Both the position numbers and the translations under genes were made by a program. From positions 1 to 64,000 of the IMG/VR virus record IMGVR_UViG_3300025732_000020: a stretch of DNA of 64,000 nt, one strand, 5' to 3'. The notes under the pieces were generated by a model, which saw only the letters and a list, made by a program, of their open reading frames with translations, was not told where the DNA came from and ran no database searches. The DNA is from a virus. Shown here one piece after another: positions 17,117 through 28,565 of this stretch (position 1 is the first letter of the stretch; each line of letters starts with the position of its first letter).

Positions 17117-17404
17117 ATGACCGAAACCAAAACCTATCCTTACCTCAAATACATTCCACATTTTGTTGCAATTCGGTTGATTGTACTTGGTCCGGTTGCG
17201 ATTGCACAAGCGATAGCAGAGTTTATTTCTAACTCTCTGGACAAAGTATGCCATAAGATTGATAAATTTCTTCCAGAACCTTATATCGAGAAACAAGTAG
17301 AATGGGATCAGTTGCCCAAACGAAATCAAGAAGCGATTGAGTATCTTGCAAAAAAGCGTGATACCACCAAAGAACGAATTCTCATTCAAACTGTGAAACC
17401 ATGA
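17117..17404 (+). CDS. Hypothetical protein
   Basis: Coupled ORF. Confidence 0.7.
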   Translation: MTETKTYPYLKYIPHFVAIRLIVLGPVAIAQAIAEFISNSLDKVCHKIDKFLPEPYIEKQVEWDQLPKRNQEAIEYLAKKRDTTKERILIQTVKP

Positions 17405-17636
17405 CTAGATCATTACCACAAAAAACACATGCAGAGACACTAATCAAAGTCACGGAAGAATACACTCTACTACCCAAAACAGGTGATCGTGCTCGGGTAT
17501 GTATTGCTACTCTCCAATATCTGCTGGATAACTTTGCTTGCAATGTTGAGTATGATGCTGATGGTTGGGGTAATTCTGTTAAATGTGTAGAAACCGAAGA
17601 CATCGAACATCTTATTTACCAACTGCAAAAACTGAA

Positions 17637-17945
17637 ATGATTGAAATCACATTCACCAGAGAAGAACTCCGCCATCTCCACGAATTTCTTCTCAAAAATC
17701 ATCTTCAAGTCAAACAATCAGTGATTGATAAGATTGATAAAGAAGTTATTGCCGATGAAATCTTTGAACTTCTTGGTGATCTTGAGTGTTTGGATGCTAC
17801 TCTTGATGAAGAATGGCAGAACAAACTATGGTATGATGACCCAGAAGATGAGTACACAATTGCTGTAAAGAGAGATCCTAAAATGTGGAATCGCCAAACG
17901 ATTGCTGAACTTAAAACTCTTATTGGTAAACTGGAGGCAAAATGA
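17637..17945 (+). CDS. Hypothetical protein
   Basis: Start MIEITF at a TGAAATGA junction. Confidence 0.65.
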   Translation: MIEITFTREELRHLHEFLLKNHLQVKQSVIDKIDKEVIADEIFELLGDLECLDATLDEEWQNKLWYDDPEDEYTIAVKRDPKMWNRQTIAELKTLIGKLEAK

Positions 17946-18473
17946 CCGAAGAAGAGCTCCCAGCATCAAACGAATTCATCACATTTGTACGAATTCAACT
18001 TGACCATGAACAAAAACAACAACTCAATCGTTATCTAAATCTCCATTATCTTGGTGATGTGAATTGTAATGAGTATGATGAGAACTTCAAACTTGTTGCC
18101 AAGTACCCAGAGAAAGAAACAGAGGAGTTCAAAAATGCTATGTGGAGAGCAAATATGGTCAATGAGTATCAAGTAAAAGTTGTGTATGATGTAAATGGTA
18201 AATGTAAATTGGAGCTGCTATGAAACTCTTCCAATACGATAAAAAAGTTTGGGATGATGGTGATACTGACCGCACTTGGCAGTTTGGTATCTTCAACAAT
18301 AAAACATTATTCTGGGTTCATTATGAAAATCCCAGTCGTTTAGTTTTTAGTGATGGTGGATTACACATCCTGTTCTCATTCTTTACTAATTCTTTATTTG
18401 GAGTGGATTTTCAACTTGGTAAGGTTGGTTTGAGTTTAAACTTTTTTACTGAATACTTTGATGGGTGGGGTGA

Positions 18474-18680
18474 ATGACTGACGCAGCATACATAGTTTGG
18501 GAAGCATTCAAAGCAGAATTAATTGTAGAACCCACCGATGATATGAAAGAAGCATTAGCATCTTCTATTCGTGTGATTTCTTCTATCATTCATAGAGATG
18601 GAGTGCTTGAAAATGAACCTTGGCTTACTCATACTGCTCAAGAACTAAATGAAATTGCTGGTGATGTGGAGGCACTCTAA
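18474..18680 (+). CDS. Hypothetical helical protein (paralogue of 18680..18931)
   Basis: Shared LA..(I/L)R and EL...EAL C-terminus. Confidence 0.7.
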   Translation: MTDAAYIVWEAFKAELIVEPTDDMKEALASSIRVISSIIHRDGVLENEPWLTHTAQELNEIAGDVEAL

Positions 18681-18931
18681 TGTTTGGTATTGAAAAGGAT
18701 TTCCAAAAGTTAATGGAACAAGTTTATGGACCTCTCAAAAGAAATAAAATGACTAATATGAAAGAAAAAGCAGACAAAGTATTTTCTGTTTATTATGATT
18801 CTCCATACCACGACCTTAATTTACATCTTGCTGCTACTCTCCGTGAAGTCATCAACCAACTCCAACAAAGCCCTGGTGTGATTATGTGTTCTGACCTGTT
18901 AGAATTGTGTGAGGAATTGGAGGCACTATGA
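18680..18931 (+). CDS. Hypothetical helical protein
   Basis: Tandem paralogue of the upstream ORF. Confidence 0.7.
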   Translation: MFGIEKDFQKLMEQVYGPLKRNKMTNMKEKADKVFSVYYDSPYHDLNLHLAATLREVINQLQQSPGVIMCSDLLELCEELEAL

Positions 18932-20034
18932 AAATTTATTCACTCTATTATAAAGACACATTCGTAGTAGCATTTCCAAATCGGGAAGATACTATGAACT
19001 ATGGTAAAAAGCATTATGATGAGTATGCTTGGGATTGTAATATCCTTGAAGAGTATTTGAATAAGACACCTTATCAAATGTATACTCCTCCTTATACTAC
19101 ACCTAATACTATTCCTTGTAGTTCTCCTAATACTACAAAGTTGGTTCATAACTCTCAACCTAATGACCCAAAGCCTTATTTTGATACTTATGGTGGAGTG
19201 AAAGCAGAACCTTATAAAGATGTGAGTATAAGTTGGTATGGAGGTTATAGGGACCATTTGGGATTATGAACGAAACACTCAATAAGAACCTCACACTCAT
19301 TCAAGAGGTTGCTACAAAGGCACTTGAAGAACTCAAGAACTCCACAGAACGATTTGGTGGTGTAAATTATGCTGACCTACGAGTGGTGGATGTATGGGTG
19401 AAGTATAGTATTCACGAAGAAGATTTGGAGTATGGTGTGTTGATTGAAGAGTGCTCACCAACTGCTTATGATTTACAGGATTATATGGTATTATATCTTG
19501 TAGAAAATCTTCCCAAACACTTGGGATTGAATGTATCAGTGGAGTTGGATTGGTAATTATGACTAAAACCCAATCAGCATTAGAACGAGTTATTATTGAA
19601 CTTGATAGTTGGTGTGATAATTGGACTCCCACATCTTATAATGACCCTCGCATTAGTTTGAGGCAGATCGCTGACCGTGCCCGTGATGTTTTAGAACAGG
19701 AGAAAAATGACTATGATTTTAGATGAAGAAGTCATCAAACTTGTGAAAGAACACTTTGAAGAAGATTGGGATGAAAATGATGGTTGGGAGTATTCTGGAA
19801 ACTTTGATGCCTTTGTGAAGTTTGCCCAAGAAATCTTTCAAATGGGTTATAATGAAGGTAGTTATGATATGTCCTACTATGAGTGATAAAGATGACTTAC
19901 GAAGTTCAAACTTGGGATGATGCAGATAAAACTGTATATTATGAAACCGTAAAGGATGCTATTGATTATGAGAGTGCTCGTGATATAATTGTAGAGAAGT
20001 ATCCAAACCGTAAAGTAATTGCTGTAATTAGAAA

Positions 20035-20466
20035 ATGACTGAATTTCAACCAAATCCACAAACACCAGAACAAGTTGCCGATGGATTGCGTGATGCTTTT
20101 AGACAAGCAATCAAAGATGGTGTGATGGATGCTACTCCTTATCTGAAACAAATGACTTTCAAATCTGATATTGAAAAAACCGAAGCAGAAATTAAAGTGC
20201 TTCAAAAGAAACTTGAACTCCTCAAAGAGATTGAGACGCATAAATCTCAACCAAGAATGTATCTTGAAAACTCTGGGAAGTTTGAGGTTGTTTCTTATAA
20301 TGATAAGATTTATTATCGTCTGGAATATTCAACTGCTATTTTTTGGTATATGAGAAAAGAGGATGATAATGGTGCAATTCTCCTAAAACAGATTGCTGAT
20401 GGTGAAACTCATCGTCTTCTTGAAGGACTTTGGTTTAATGAAATTAGAAAGGGGAATTATGACTAA
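20035..20466 (+). CDS. Modular hypothetical protein
   Basis: Shares an EVVSYN...GETHRLLEG module with 24148..24876. Confidence 0.75.
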   Translation: MTEFQPNPQTPEQVADGLRDAFRQAIKDGVMDATPYLKQMTFKSDIEKTEAEIKVLQKKLELLKEIETHKSQPRMYLENSGKFEVVSYNDKIYYRLEYSTAIFWYMRKEDDNGAILLKQIADGETHRLLEGLWFNEIRKGNYD

Positions 20467-20782
20467 CACTCAAAAAATTCAATCTGAAATTGATGAATTA
20501 CATAAAAAGTTTGATGTTCTTCAATCACAATCTGCGACTTTAAGTGAATTGAATAGTGTGCGAAGACAGTTAAATATTGCTTACGAAAAGTTGAGGAAGA
20601 ACTGAAATGACTGAACCAAAAAAGTGGAGTGAGACTTACGATAAAGAACTCACACTTGAAGAACTATTCCAACTGATTGTTAGTGTTGAGTACAGATTGA
20701 AAGATTATATTTGGGAACTTAAACAAGAAATTCAAGAATTAAAAAACACAGCACACTTCCACGACAATATGAATATTGAAAA

Positions 20783-21121
20783 ATGACTGAACCAGAAATC
20801 ATCGTAGAAAGAAAAAAATATGGAAGTTCTGCTATGGATTATACTATGAGAGTTTATCAAAAACTTGATGAAGAAACTATAATGATTGATGGTGTGAAGT
20901 ATCAAAAAGTAGAAGAACCAGAACCACTGATACTCAAAGATATTATTCGTGAGTGGATTGTTATTTACAATGTTAGAACTGATGGTATCAAAGACCATAT
21001 TACTAATGACCTTGTAGATAGAATTGAGAAAAAATGGTTGCCTGATGAAGATGATGGTGATGATAGATATGCTTGTGGATGGAATGATTGTGTTGAAAAG
21101 TTGAAGTTGAGGTTGAAATGA
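20783..21121 (+). CDS. Modular hypothetical protein
   Basis: Shares GVKY..VEEP and WLP.E modules with 24148..24876. Confidence 0.75.
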   Translation: MTEPEIIVERKKYGSSAMDYTMRVYQKLDEETIMIDGVKYQKVEEPEPLILKDIIREWIVIYNVRTDGIKDHITNDLVDRIEKKWLPDEDDGDDRYACGWNDCVEKLKLRLK

Positions 21122-21681
21122 CTGAACCATTAAATCATAAACTTGATGTAAGTAAAATCAAAACACTCAAAGATGTAAAGAATGTCTTTGAGTGTATGAA
21201 TTTGTATGCTTCTGCTGAAGAAGACAACGAACAGTATGAACTCCTCAAAGAATACTTCACTATTCCATATGAGCAACAAGAAATCAAATTTGAATTACCA
21301 CGCAAGTCATTAGAAGAAATCTCACAAGAGTTTGATGAGAAGATTGATGAGCAGATTGAAAGAGTAAAAGAGAAGTTTAATCAACTTGGATATACTCAAG
21401 AGTATCACTATCAAGTAAAGTTCAATAGAATTCTTGAGAACTTTGAGTATGCGAAGGAACACGGACAATTCCCAGTCAGACTTACAATAGGTAATTTAGA
21501 TTGTTCTACTCTTGGTGTGAGCAATGCTGTAGATTGGACTACAGAATTTAGAGTTGGTAAAGATGAGGTAGGATACTGGGACATCAAACCAAATATCAAA
21601 GTGTATTTGAAAAAGAAACCAAATCGTATTGTGAGATACTTTACTAAACTGCTTTTGGACTTTACATGGAAGGATAAATGA
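21118..21681 (+). CDS. Hypothetical protein
   Basis: 187-aa coupled ORF. Confidence 0.75.
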   Translation: MTEPLNHKLDVSKIKTLKDVKNVFECMNLYASAEEDNEQYELLKEYFTIPYEQQEIKFELPRKSLEEISQEFDEKIDEQIERVKEKFNQLGYTQEYHYQVKFNRILENFEYAKEHGQFPVRLTIGNLDCSTLGVSNAVDWTTEFRVGKDEVGYWDIKPNIKVYLKKKPNRIVRYFTKLLLDFTWKDK

Positions 21682-22244
21682 GATACTACGAAACCAGAAC
21701 CTACGAACACCAGTGCGACTTTGATGCTAAAAACAGAGCAGAAAAAGCATCACAAGATTACTACAACAAGTGGATAAATCTTCGTAAGGAAGTTCGTAAT
21801 CTTGTAAGAGAACAAAACCTTACTATCACTCCTGATTTTGCTAAACTGATTGGATTGAAATGACTTACGCATCTTATTGTTGCCAAAAATGCGGAGAGCA
21901 GATAGGATATATTGGAAGGTTCTTTCAGTTTCTTCGTATTCCTTTACATCGGTGTGAGAAATGACTAATCCTCTCATAGAAAAATATAATGAACTCTACG
22001 GAAAGAAAGAAGAACCAAAACCAGATTATTATAAGGGTGAAAAGTCATACGCAGAAGAACTGGAAGAACTTCGGGATACTTCAACTATTCCTGTTAGTAA
22101 AATCAAAACTTATGACATTAATAGTGTGAATGTTTCTTTTCATCAAGTCGTAGAACAAGTCAAAAAAGGTGAGGCAAAAGTATCCACTATGAGTGTGGAA
22201 ATGGATATAATGTATGGAACAAAAATAACCTTTGAGGTTTATGT

Positions 22245-22302
22245 GGACACTTGATGAACTGGCCCAGGAGCATCCCACAGGTGCTTCTTGATGTCGTATA
22301 AT
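22245..22302 (+). repeat. Stem-loop plus -10 promoter cassette, copy 2
   Basis: GGACACTTGATGAACTGGC...GCATCCCACAGGTGC...TATAAT. Confidence 0.7.
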
Positions 22303-23630
22303 ACTCTCATACACACAGACATCCGATGATTGACATCACAACTCAAATTCGCATCCAAAACCACGCAGATTATTGGTATACTGCCGAAGATCTTAATGTT
22401 GACTTAGGTTGTGAAGGTTTCACCGTTTCCTATTGGGAAATTCGCAAAGGAGAAGGAGATAAACGAGTTAATTTTATTACTATGGATAAAGAAGAAGCAC
22501 TCGCAGTAGCAGACGCAATCTACAAACTTTTTAAGAACTGATGCACTACGAAACTGACATCATCATTCATCAGTATTCATCTGATGGAGATTTTTATTAC
22601 AAACTCAAAGTCACAGATGTAATGAATATGGATTACTACTATGATGGTAGTGCTTCTACACTTGATGATGTTATGGAATGTATCCAACTTCACCTCAAAC
22701 AACACCAGAACTGAAATGACTGACACACAAAAACTCCAATTCCTTCTCACCAAACTCAAAGAAACCGCACAGAGTAAGCATTGTTATGAAGAGTATGGTG
22801 ATGATTACTCACCTTCAGAAAGTGGTAGTTATGATGATGCTTTTGATGTGGGATTTGAGTATGGTGAAATCACATTTGCTCGTGAATTGCTTCAAAAACT
22901 AAACTTCCAAGTACAAATTGAACCTCATTTGAAATGACTGACCAAGAAAAACTCTACAAACTCTGTATTCTTGATTTGCTAATTGCGATTGATGAGGACA
23001 TAGTGGATTGGAGAAACTATTACAAACTCTGGACAGCAGTTGGACTTGCTGATAAAACTCTTGATATTTGGGCAGGAGACAATCTCAAACAAATGCGTGA
23101 TGAACTTATTGAGGAATTGAAATGACCAGATTTGAAAAGAAAGATGAAAGAAACAAAAAGTTCATTCAAACAAAAGGATATGATATTTGGGGTAGAAATG
23201 TTGATAAGGCAAGAGTTACCGAACACGATAGAAAAAGAGGTGTAAAAACTAAATGAAATACAACATCAAAAAACAACAAATCATTCAAAATGAAGAAGAT
23301 GGTTGGAGTTTTCAATTTTGGGAAGAAGTAGATTTTGTAAAAATTGTTTATTTTGAAAAACCACTTTCAAAAACAACAGAATTTCGTATTCCTAAAGATT
23401 GTGTAGAATATTTTATTGATGCTTTGGAGAACCTGAAATGACTGACTTCTCTCAAGAACGATTTGTTGATTTAGGACAAACACTCTATGTTGAGTGGTTG
23501 AAAACCTTGAATAATGCTCAAAGTTCAACCGAAGAAGAAAGACGGGAACTATTTAAGTTTGCTGCTGAAATGTCTTTTGAAGCAGCAGAAGAGTTTGCTA
23601 AAGTATTCCATCATCAGGAGGAGAACTGAA

Positions 23631-23969
23631 ATGACTATCAAACGCATTCAAGTTAAAGAAACTAAAAGGTATTGTGGAGATTTTGATGGAAAACTTGAAG
23701 ACATTATTGCTTATCTTCAAGTAAAATTAGATGCTGGTTGGGAGGGACTTGAGGGTGAATATGAATGGGATTATGGTGGTGAAAGATACATCGAATATTA
23801 TCTCTACAAGTTCCGTGAAGAAACCGACAAAGAGTATGAGAAACGAGTAAAACAACTGGAGAAAGAAAAAGCAGAAAAAGCAAAAGCAAAGGAACGAAAA
23901 TTTCAACAACTCAAGAAAGACCTTGCTAATCTAACTGAAGACGAACTCAAACAACTTGGAGTAAAATGA
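23631..23969 (+). CDS. Hypothetical protein
   Basis: Start MTIKRIQ after TGA-A-ATG; C-terminal coiled coil. Confidence 0.7.
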   Translation: MTIKRIQVKETKRYCGDFDGKLEDIIAYLQVKLDAGWEGLEGEYEWDYGGERYIEYYLYKFREETDKEYEKRVKQLEKEKAEKAKAKERKFQQLKKDLANLTEDELKQLGVK

Positions 23970-24147
23970 TGGAACGAGTAAAATTCACACACATCACACG
24001 AGTGATTGATCCAAAGACCCGCATTCATTATCTGGATGCCGTTGATGAGAATGGATACCACTGGTCTGCTCAAATGACCCACCAAGAAGAACCTTGGATT
24101 GTTTACAAAGAAGTTTGGAAAAAAGACCCACAACAACCCTACGACCT

Positions 24148-24876
24148 ATGAGTGATCTAATCTTCAAAACCAATGGAGAAGAAAAGTTTCGTATTCCTTC
24201 TCCGGCTCTTGAAACTGCAACTCTTGGGACTAAATGCCCTGAAACTAAACTTGAAATCAAAATGACTGGAACCGACATCTCAAAAGTTCTTATAGAAGGA
24301 GACTACGCAACCATTATGGGTGTGAAGTATAAGAGAGTGGAAGAACCAAAACCAAGAATGAACTTTCTATTTGATGGAAAGTGTGAGGTTGTTTCTTATA
24401 ATAAAAAATCTTATTATCGTTTTGAATTTCCTGATGAGATTTATTGGTATAAGAGAACCAGTCATGAGACCTACTTAGATTTGAAGTTAGAACGCGTTAC
24501 TGACGGTGAAACTCATCGTCTTCTTGAAGGTGTGTGGTTCAATGATGTAAAAAAGGGGAAGTATGATGAACCTTATTGTCCCGATGAACCAGAGTATTAT
24601 GATGAAGTAGAGTGGGATAAGAAGGATAATTCCCAGTATCGTATTACTGATGAAGTAGTTGATAAGTTGATCAAACAACACCAAGCACAAAAACTTTTCA
24701 ATAGATTGCTAGATGAACTTGGGTATGATATTGATACCTGTGATGAAATTATGGATTTGGTAGAAGATTGGTTGCCGAAAGAACAATCAGCAGCAGGAAG
24801 TCAGAATGTAAATACTGAATTACTTGTGGATGGATTTAATCATTGTCTTGAAAAAATTAAGGGGATGCTACGATGA
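24148..24876 (+). CDS. Chimeric multi-module hypothetical protein
   Basis: Contains modules of 20035..20466 and 20783..21121. Confidence 0.75.
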   Translation: MSDLIFKTNGEEKFRIPSPALETATLGTKCPETKLEIKMTGTDISKVLIEGDYATIMGVKYKRVEEPKPRMNFLFDGKCEVVSYNKKSYYRFEFPDEIYWYKRTSHETYLDLKLERVTDGETHRLLEGVWFNDVKKGKYDEPYCPDEPEYYDEVEWDKKDNSQYRITDEVVDKLIKQHQAQKLFNRLLDELGYDIDTCDEIMDLVEDWLPKEQSAAGSQNVNTELLVDGFNHCLEKIKGMLR

Positions 24877-25054
24877 CTGAACGAAACTTTACAAAAGAAC
24901 TCCTATACTCATATTATGCTGATATGGAAGGTGGAGATGATGTTGAGAGCATTGATTATCGTTCTTTGATACATATCATCACCGAACTTCATAATAGGAT
25001 TGAGAAACTTGAGGCATGGAAAGATCGTGTACAAAAAACTGCTAAGGGGATCAA

Positions 25055-25300
25055 ATGACTGAAGATGATAAGTATGCTCTTAAAGAGTTTCTCCGTGCTG
25101 TTGGTGTTACTGCCAGTGTCCTTATTGTATTCGGTATAATTTGCCTTGTGGTTATTAGTCTTTCCACAGGCGATGATAAACCAATCAGCTCCTCATCGTT
25201 TGAAGTGGTTGACAAATACAAAGAATGTGATATAGTGAGGTATGCTCCGCATCAGGCAGCAGAGTACAAATACTTCCTTTATTGCGAGGGAAACAAATGA
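25055..25300 (+). CDS. Membrane protein, hypothetical
   Basis: TM helix VGVTASVLIVFGIICLVVISL. Confidence 0.7.
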   Translation: MTEDDKYALKEFLRAVGVTASVLIVFGIICLVVISLSTGDDKPISSSSFEVVDKYKECDIVRYAPHQAAEYKYFLYCEGNK

Positions 25301-25579
25301 CACATTCTGAGCATTATTACGATTACAACCGCAATGATCTTTCTCGCCCCAACCCCTTCGACTCACTCCCCAGTCCTGTGGCCGAGGGGATTATGGACAT
25401 CTACTATGGCAACTTTTCCGATCTAGATGATAGTCCTTTCGATCGTAAATGCATTGCCGATATCCTAGAGTACACAATCAGGCAACTCCGAGAGCACCAA
25501 GAACCCGGGCATGGTCGCTTTGTAATCTTTTGTGAAGATCTCTGGGATGTGGTTGACGCCTTGAGAAAGGAGTCCTATA

Positions 25580-26101
25580 ATGAATGAGGATATGCCATGG
25601 GTCAACTTGACAGACAAAGAAGTGGAAGAGCTTAGAGCCAAAAAGTATGAGCTCACCGAATACGGCAAACAACGATTAAAACAACTCATGAGGAACCAAG
25701 AACCCTATCCCGACGCAATGTTTGAGGAAGCAGAGCGACGTGAGGCAGAGCGTAAAGCCCTCGACACCCTTGATGAGATTTATGAGAAGCATGGAGATGC
25801 CATGTTACGCCTCACTGAGATCGAGAAGGATGAGTGGGAACGAGAGCAAAGAAGCGATCGTATTCTTGAGCGATATAATCAATTCTACAATGAAGAATGT
25901 TCTGGAATGCCACATGGCACACCAATCACCCCAGAACATATGCAAGCAATGACTCTGGAATGTATGATTGATGCTCTCATCTGCGAAAATATGAATGTAG
26001 AATATAATTCCATTGCGATTGATGATATCAAGGATTTGATTGAAGGACTGTATCGGCAGAGTGATGAATTTCTTAAACGAGTGAGGAAGAATAATGGATA
26101 A
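25580..26101 (+). CDS. Hypothetical protein
   Basis: 173-aa helical ORF. Confidence 0.7.
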   Translation: MNEDMPWVNLTDKEVEELRAKKYELTEYGKQRLKQLMRNQEPYPDAMFEEAERREAERKALDTLDEIYEKHGDAMLRLTEIEKDEWEREQRSDRILERYNQFYNEECSGMPHGTPITPEHMQAMTLECMIDALICENMNVEYNSIAIDDIKDLIEGLYRQSDEFLKRVRKNNG

Positions 26102-26985
26102 ACCATTCTATCGGTTTTTTGTGATTGATTATTGTGCTACTGGTGAAGGTCGCTCTATCTGGTTGCAGATCTGTCGCTATGACCTTGACGGAGAAAGAGA
26201 TTATGAGTTCGCAAAATTTGTAAACTTTGTGAACAATGATTATTATCTGCGTGGATGTGATGAACTTACAGAGCGAGAGTTTTTGGATAAGTATACAAGG
26301 TTTATGCCAAACCTGATTGCTAATATGCTACAGAAGAAAACTATCGGCACATGGAAAACTCATTTGCATTTTAACTTATCATGAGTCGATTTATTAAAAA
26401 CCCTGATGAGATCCTCTTAGAGGATATTAAAATGGTCCATTATGAAACCATGGAACAAGGCCGGGCAGTATGGCTTGGGATCTATCTTAATAATGGCCAA
26501 ATCTTCCATCTCAATATAGGAGGAGATAATCTCTATGTTAATTACTCAGATGAAAGCATGGATTGAGGAGGCCTGGTGGGCATGGGGTAATGGCATTTCG
26601 TTTCGATTTATCAACTATAATGATAACATCGACCGCTGCGCTTTTTTCGAAGAGATAAATTGTGGATGGTATCAAATGTACATTTATCCATACGATGATT
26701 GGTTTCGCCCTTCACACTCGCCCGAACGAAAATTACGACTGGGAAAATGGACATGACTCCAACTGAAGCTGGATTTGATGGAGAACGTGGAGTAAATCTG
26801 AACATCCCTCCAATGATGCATGGTGGAATTTACAAACTCCGAAGAGGTTCTGTGAAACCAGATTTAGAAAAACATAGCTACAAGAATCAGTTATTGTGGT
26901 ACATCCCAGAAAATAAAGAGCCAAAACTCTTGTATTGCAATGCGAATAATCAATTATTTGAACTTAATTTCACTCCTATAGACCT

Positions 26986-27330
26986 ATGAACCTCCCAATC
27001 TCTTTAAATAAGTGGGTTATCTCAAATAAATTTATTAAGCATACCCCATTTTGGTGGTGGTATCGTCTAATCTCCCACGACAGATTCCGTCTCGGTGATT
27101 ATCACATCTACCCAGAGTTTTGGCGCTCTTTGAGTGGTGGATGGGAGCACATGGAATATGTACAAAAGTTCGAAGAGTTTTGGGGAAAAGGATCCTATCC
27201 ACCAGAGCGTATTACGGTCTCTGAAGAGGCTTATGACGAGTTGTTACGGCGTATCCATTCTCCACCGGATCCTGTTAGAATGGAGAGGTTAAAAGAGATA
27301 CTGAATCGCAAAGCCCCTTGGGAGGATTAA
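26986..27330 (+). CDS. Hypothetical protein
   Basis: Trp-rich coupled ORF. Confidence 0.7.
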   Translation: MNLPISLNKWVISNKFIKHTPFWWWYRLISHDRFRLGDYHIYPEFWRSLSGGWEHMEYVQKFEEFWGKGSYPPERITVSEEAYDELLRRIHSPPDPVRMERLKEILNRKAPWED

Positions 27331-27646
27331 AATGAAACCTGAATTTTTTCAACGTCAATACAAACTCATTTACCACGCCATCCGCCGGTACCAAATCGAA
27401 AAGACAGTTCTCAATAGCACTGAATATCACGACTGCAACGAAATCCTTGACGAACTCTTTGACCATGTCTACACCCAACAACTGGAGCAAGTAACATGAT
27501 TGAGTGCATAGAAGAATGTGATGGATCCCTAACATTTTCATGGGACGAAAATGATCCGGTTGAAAGAGTCTTGAATACTTGGACGGAGCAGGATTTTATC
27601 GATGCCATCATGTCCCAAATTAATCACTTAGAGGAGGAACAGAACC

Positions 27647-28147
27647 ATGAGTAAAAATTGTTATTATACTTATGCCTACTTACGCGAGGATAAAACCCCT
27701 TATTATATAGGTAAAGGAAAAGGAAACAGAGCCTGGGATTCTATGCATAAACCCGTAGGTAAACCTGGTAAGGAGAAAATTTTAATTCTTAAAGGAGATC
27801 TTTCAGAAGAAGAAGCATTCAAGCATGAGAAATACATGATCTTTATATTTGGGAGAAAAGATAAAAATACCGGAATCTTACGTAATAAAAGCGATGGAGG
27901 TGAAGGGGCAAGAACCGGAGGTGTAGGAAATTTTAGAGAAGGAACAAGGCACACAGAAAAAACAAAAGAATTAATTGGTTCATATCATAGAGGAAAAATT
28001 GTATCAAAAAACACTAGAGAAAAATTAAGAAAGGCTAATTTAGGGAAAAAATGGTGGAATAACGGTTATAAATGTAAACATGCATTTGATTGCCCTGGGC
28101 CAGAATGGAAACCGGGTAGATTAAGTAAAAACACAAAGGAGGTTTAA
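27647..28147 (+). mobile_element. Free-standing GIY-YIG-like homing endonuclease with NUMOD3 repeats
   Basis: YYTYAYLREDKTPYYIGKG.G.R; HTEKTKELI and VSKNTREKLRKA motifs. Confidence 0.85.
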
Positions 28148-28148
28148 G

Positions 28149-28565
28149 TTGGGACTATTTGATTATTTCCGATCATCTTATGACCTTGGAGAACCCTTTA
28201 CCGAGGTAGAGTGCCAGACAAAAGACATGGAGAGGGGCATAGGTGGCACTATGAGTACCTATTGGCTCGATCCTGGTGGGAGGTTATGGTTAATTGATAC
28301 TCGCGAAGCCTTTGATTTTGGCGAGGATCCAAACTGGGTCGATGATGGGGAAAAAATTTCTGCTCTGTTTAGGTATAAATTCTTGCCAAATGGCAAACAT
28401 GGTAAAGTAACCCTCCATGACATCACAGACTACGTCTGCGTATATCCTGCTCAATGGGATGGAGAGTGGGAATATTGGCCTACATGCAGAATACATTTCA
28501 CCAATGGAGTTATAAATGGTTACGAAAACATTACCAAATCTGAACAATTTTCAAGATATAAATGA
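28149..28565 (+). CDS. Hypothetical cyanophage protein
   Basis: TTG start, MGLFDYFRSSY. Confidence 0.65.
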   Translation: MGLFDYFRSSYDLGEPFTEVECQTKDMERGIGGTMSTYWLDPGGRLWLIDTREAFDFGEDPNWVDDGEKISALFRYKFLPNGKHGKVTLHDITDYVCVYPAQWDGEWEYWPTCRIHFTNGVINGYENITKSEQFSRYK

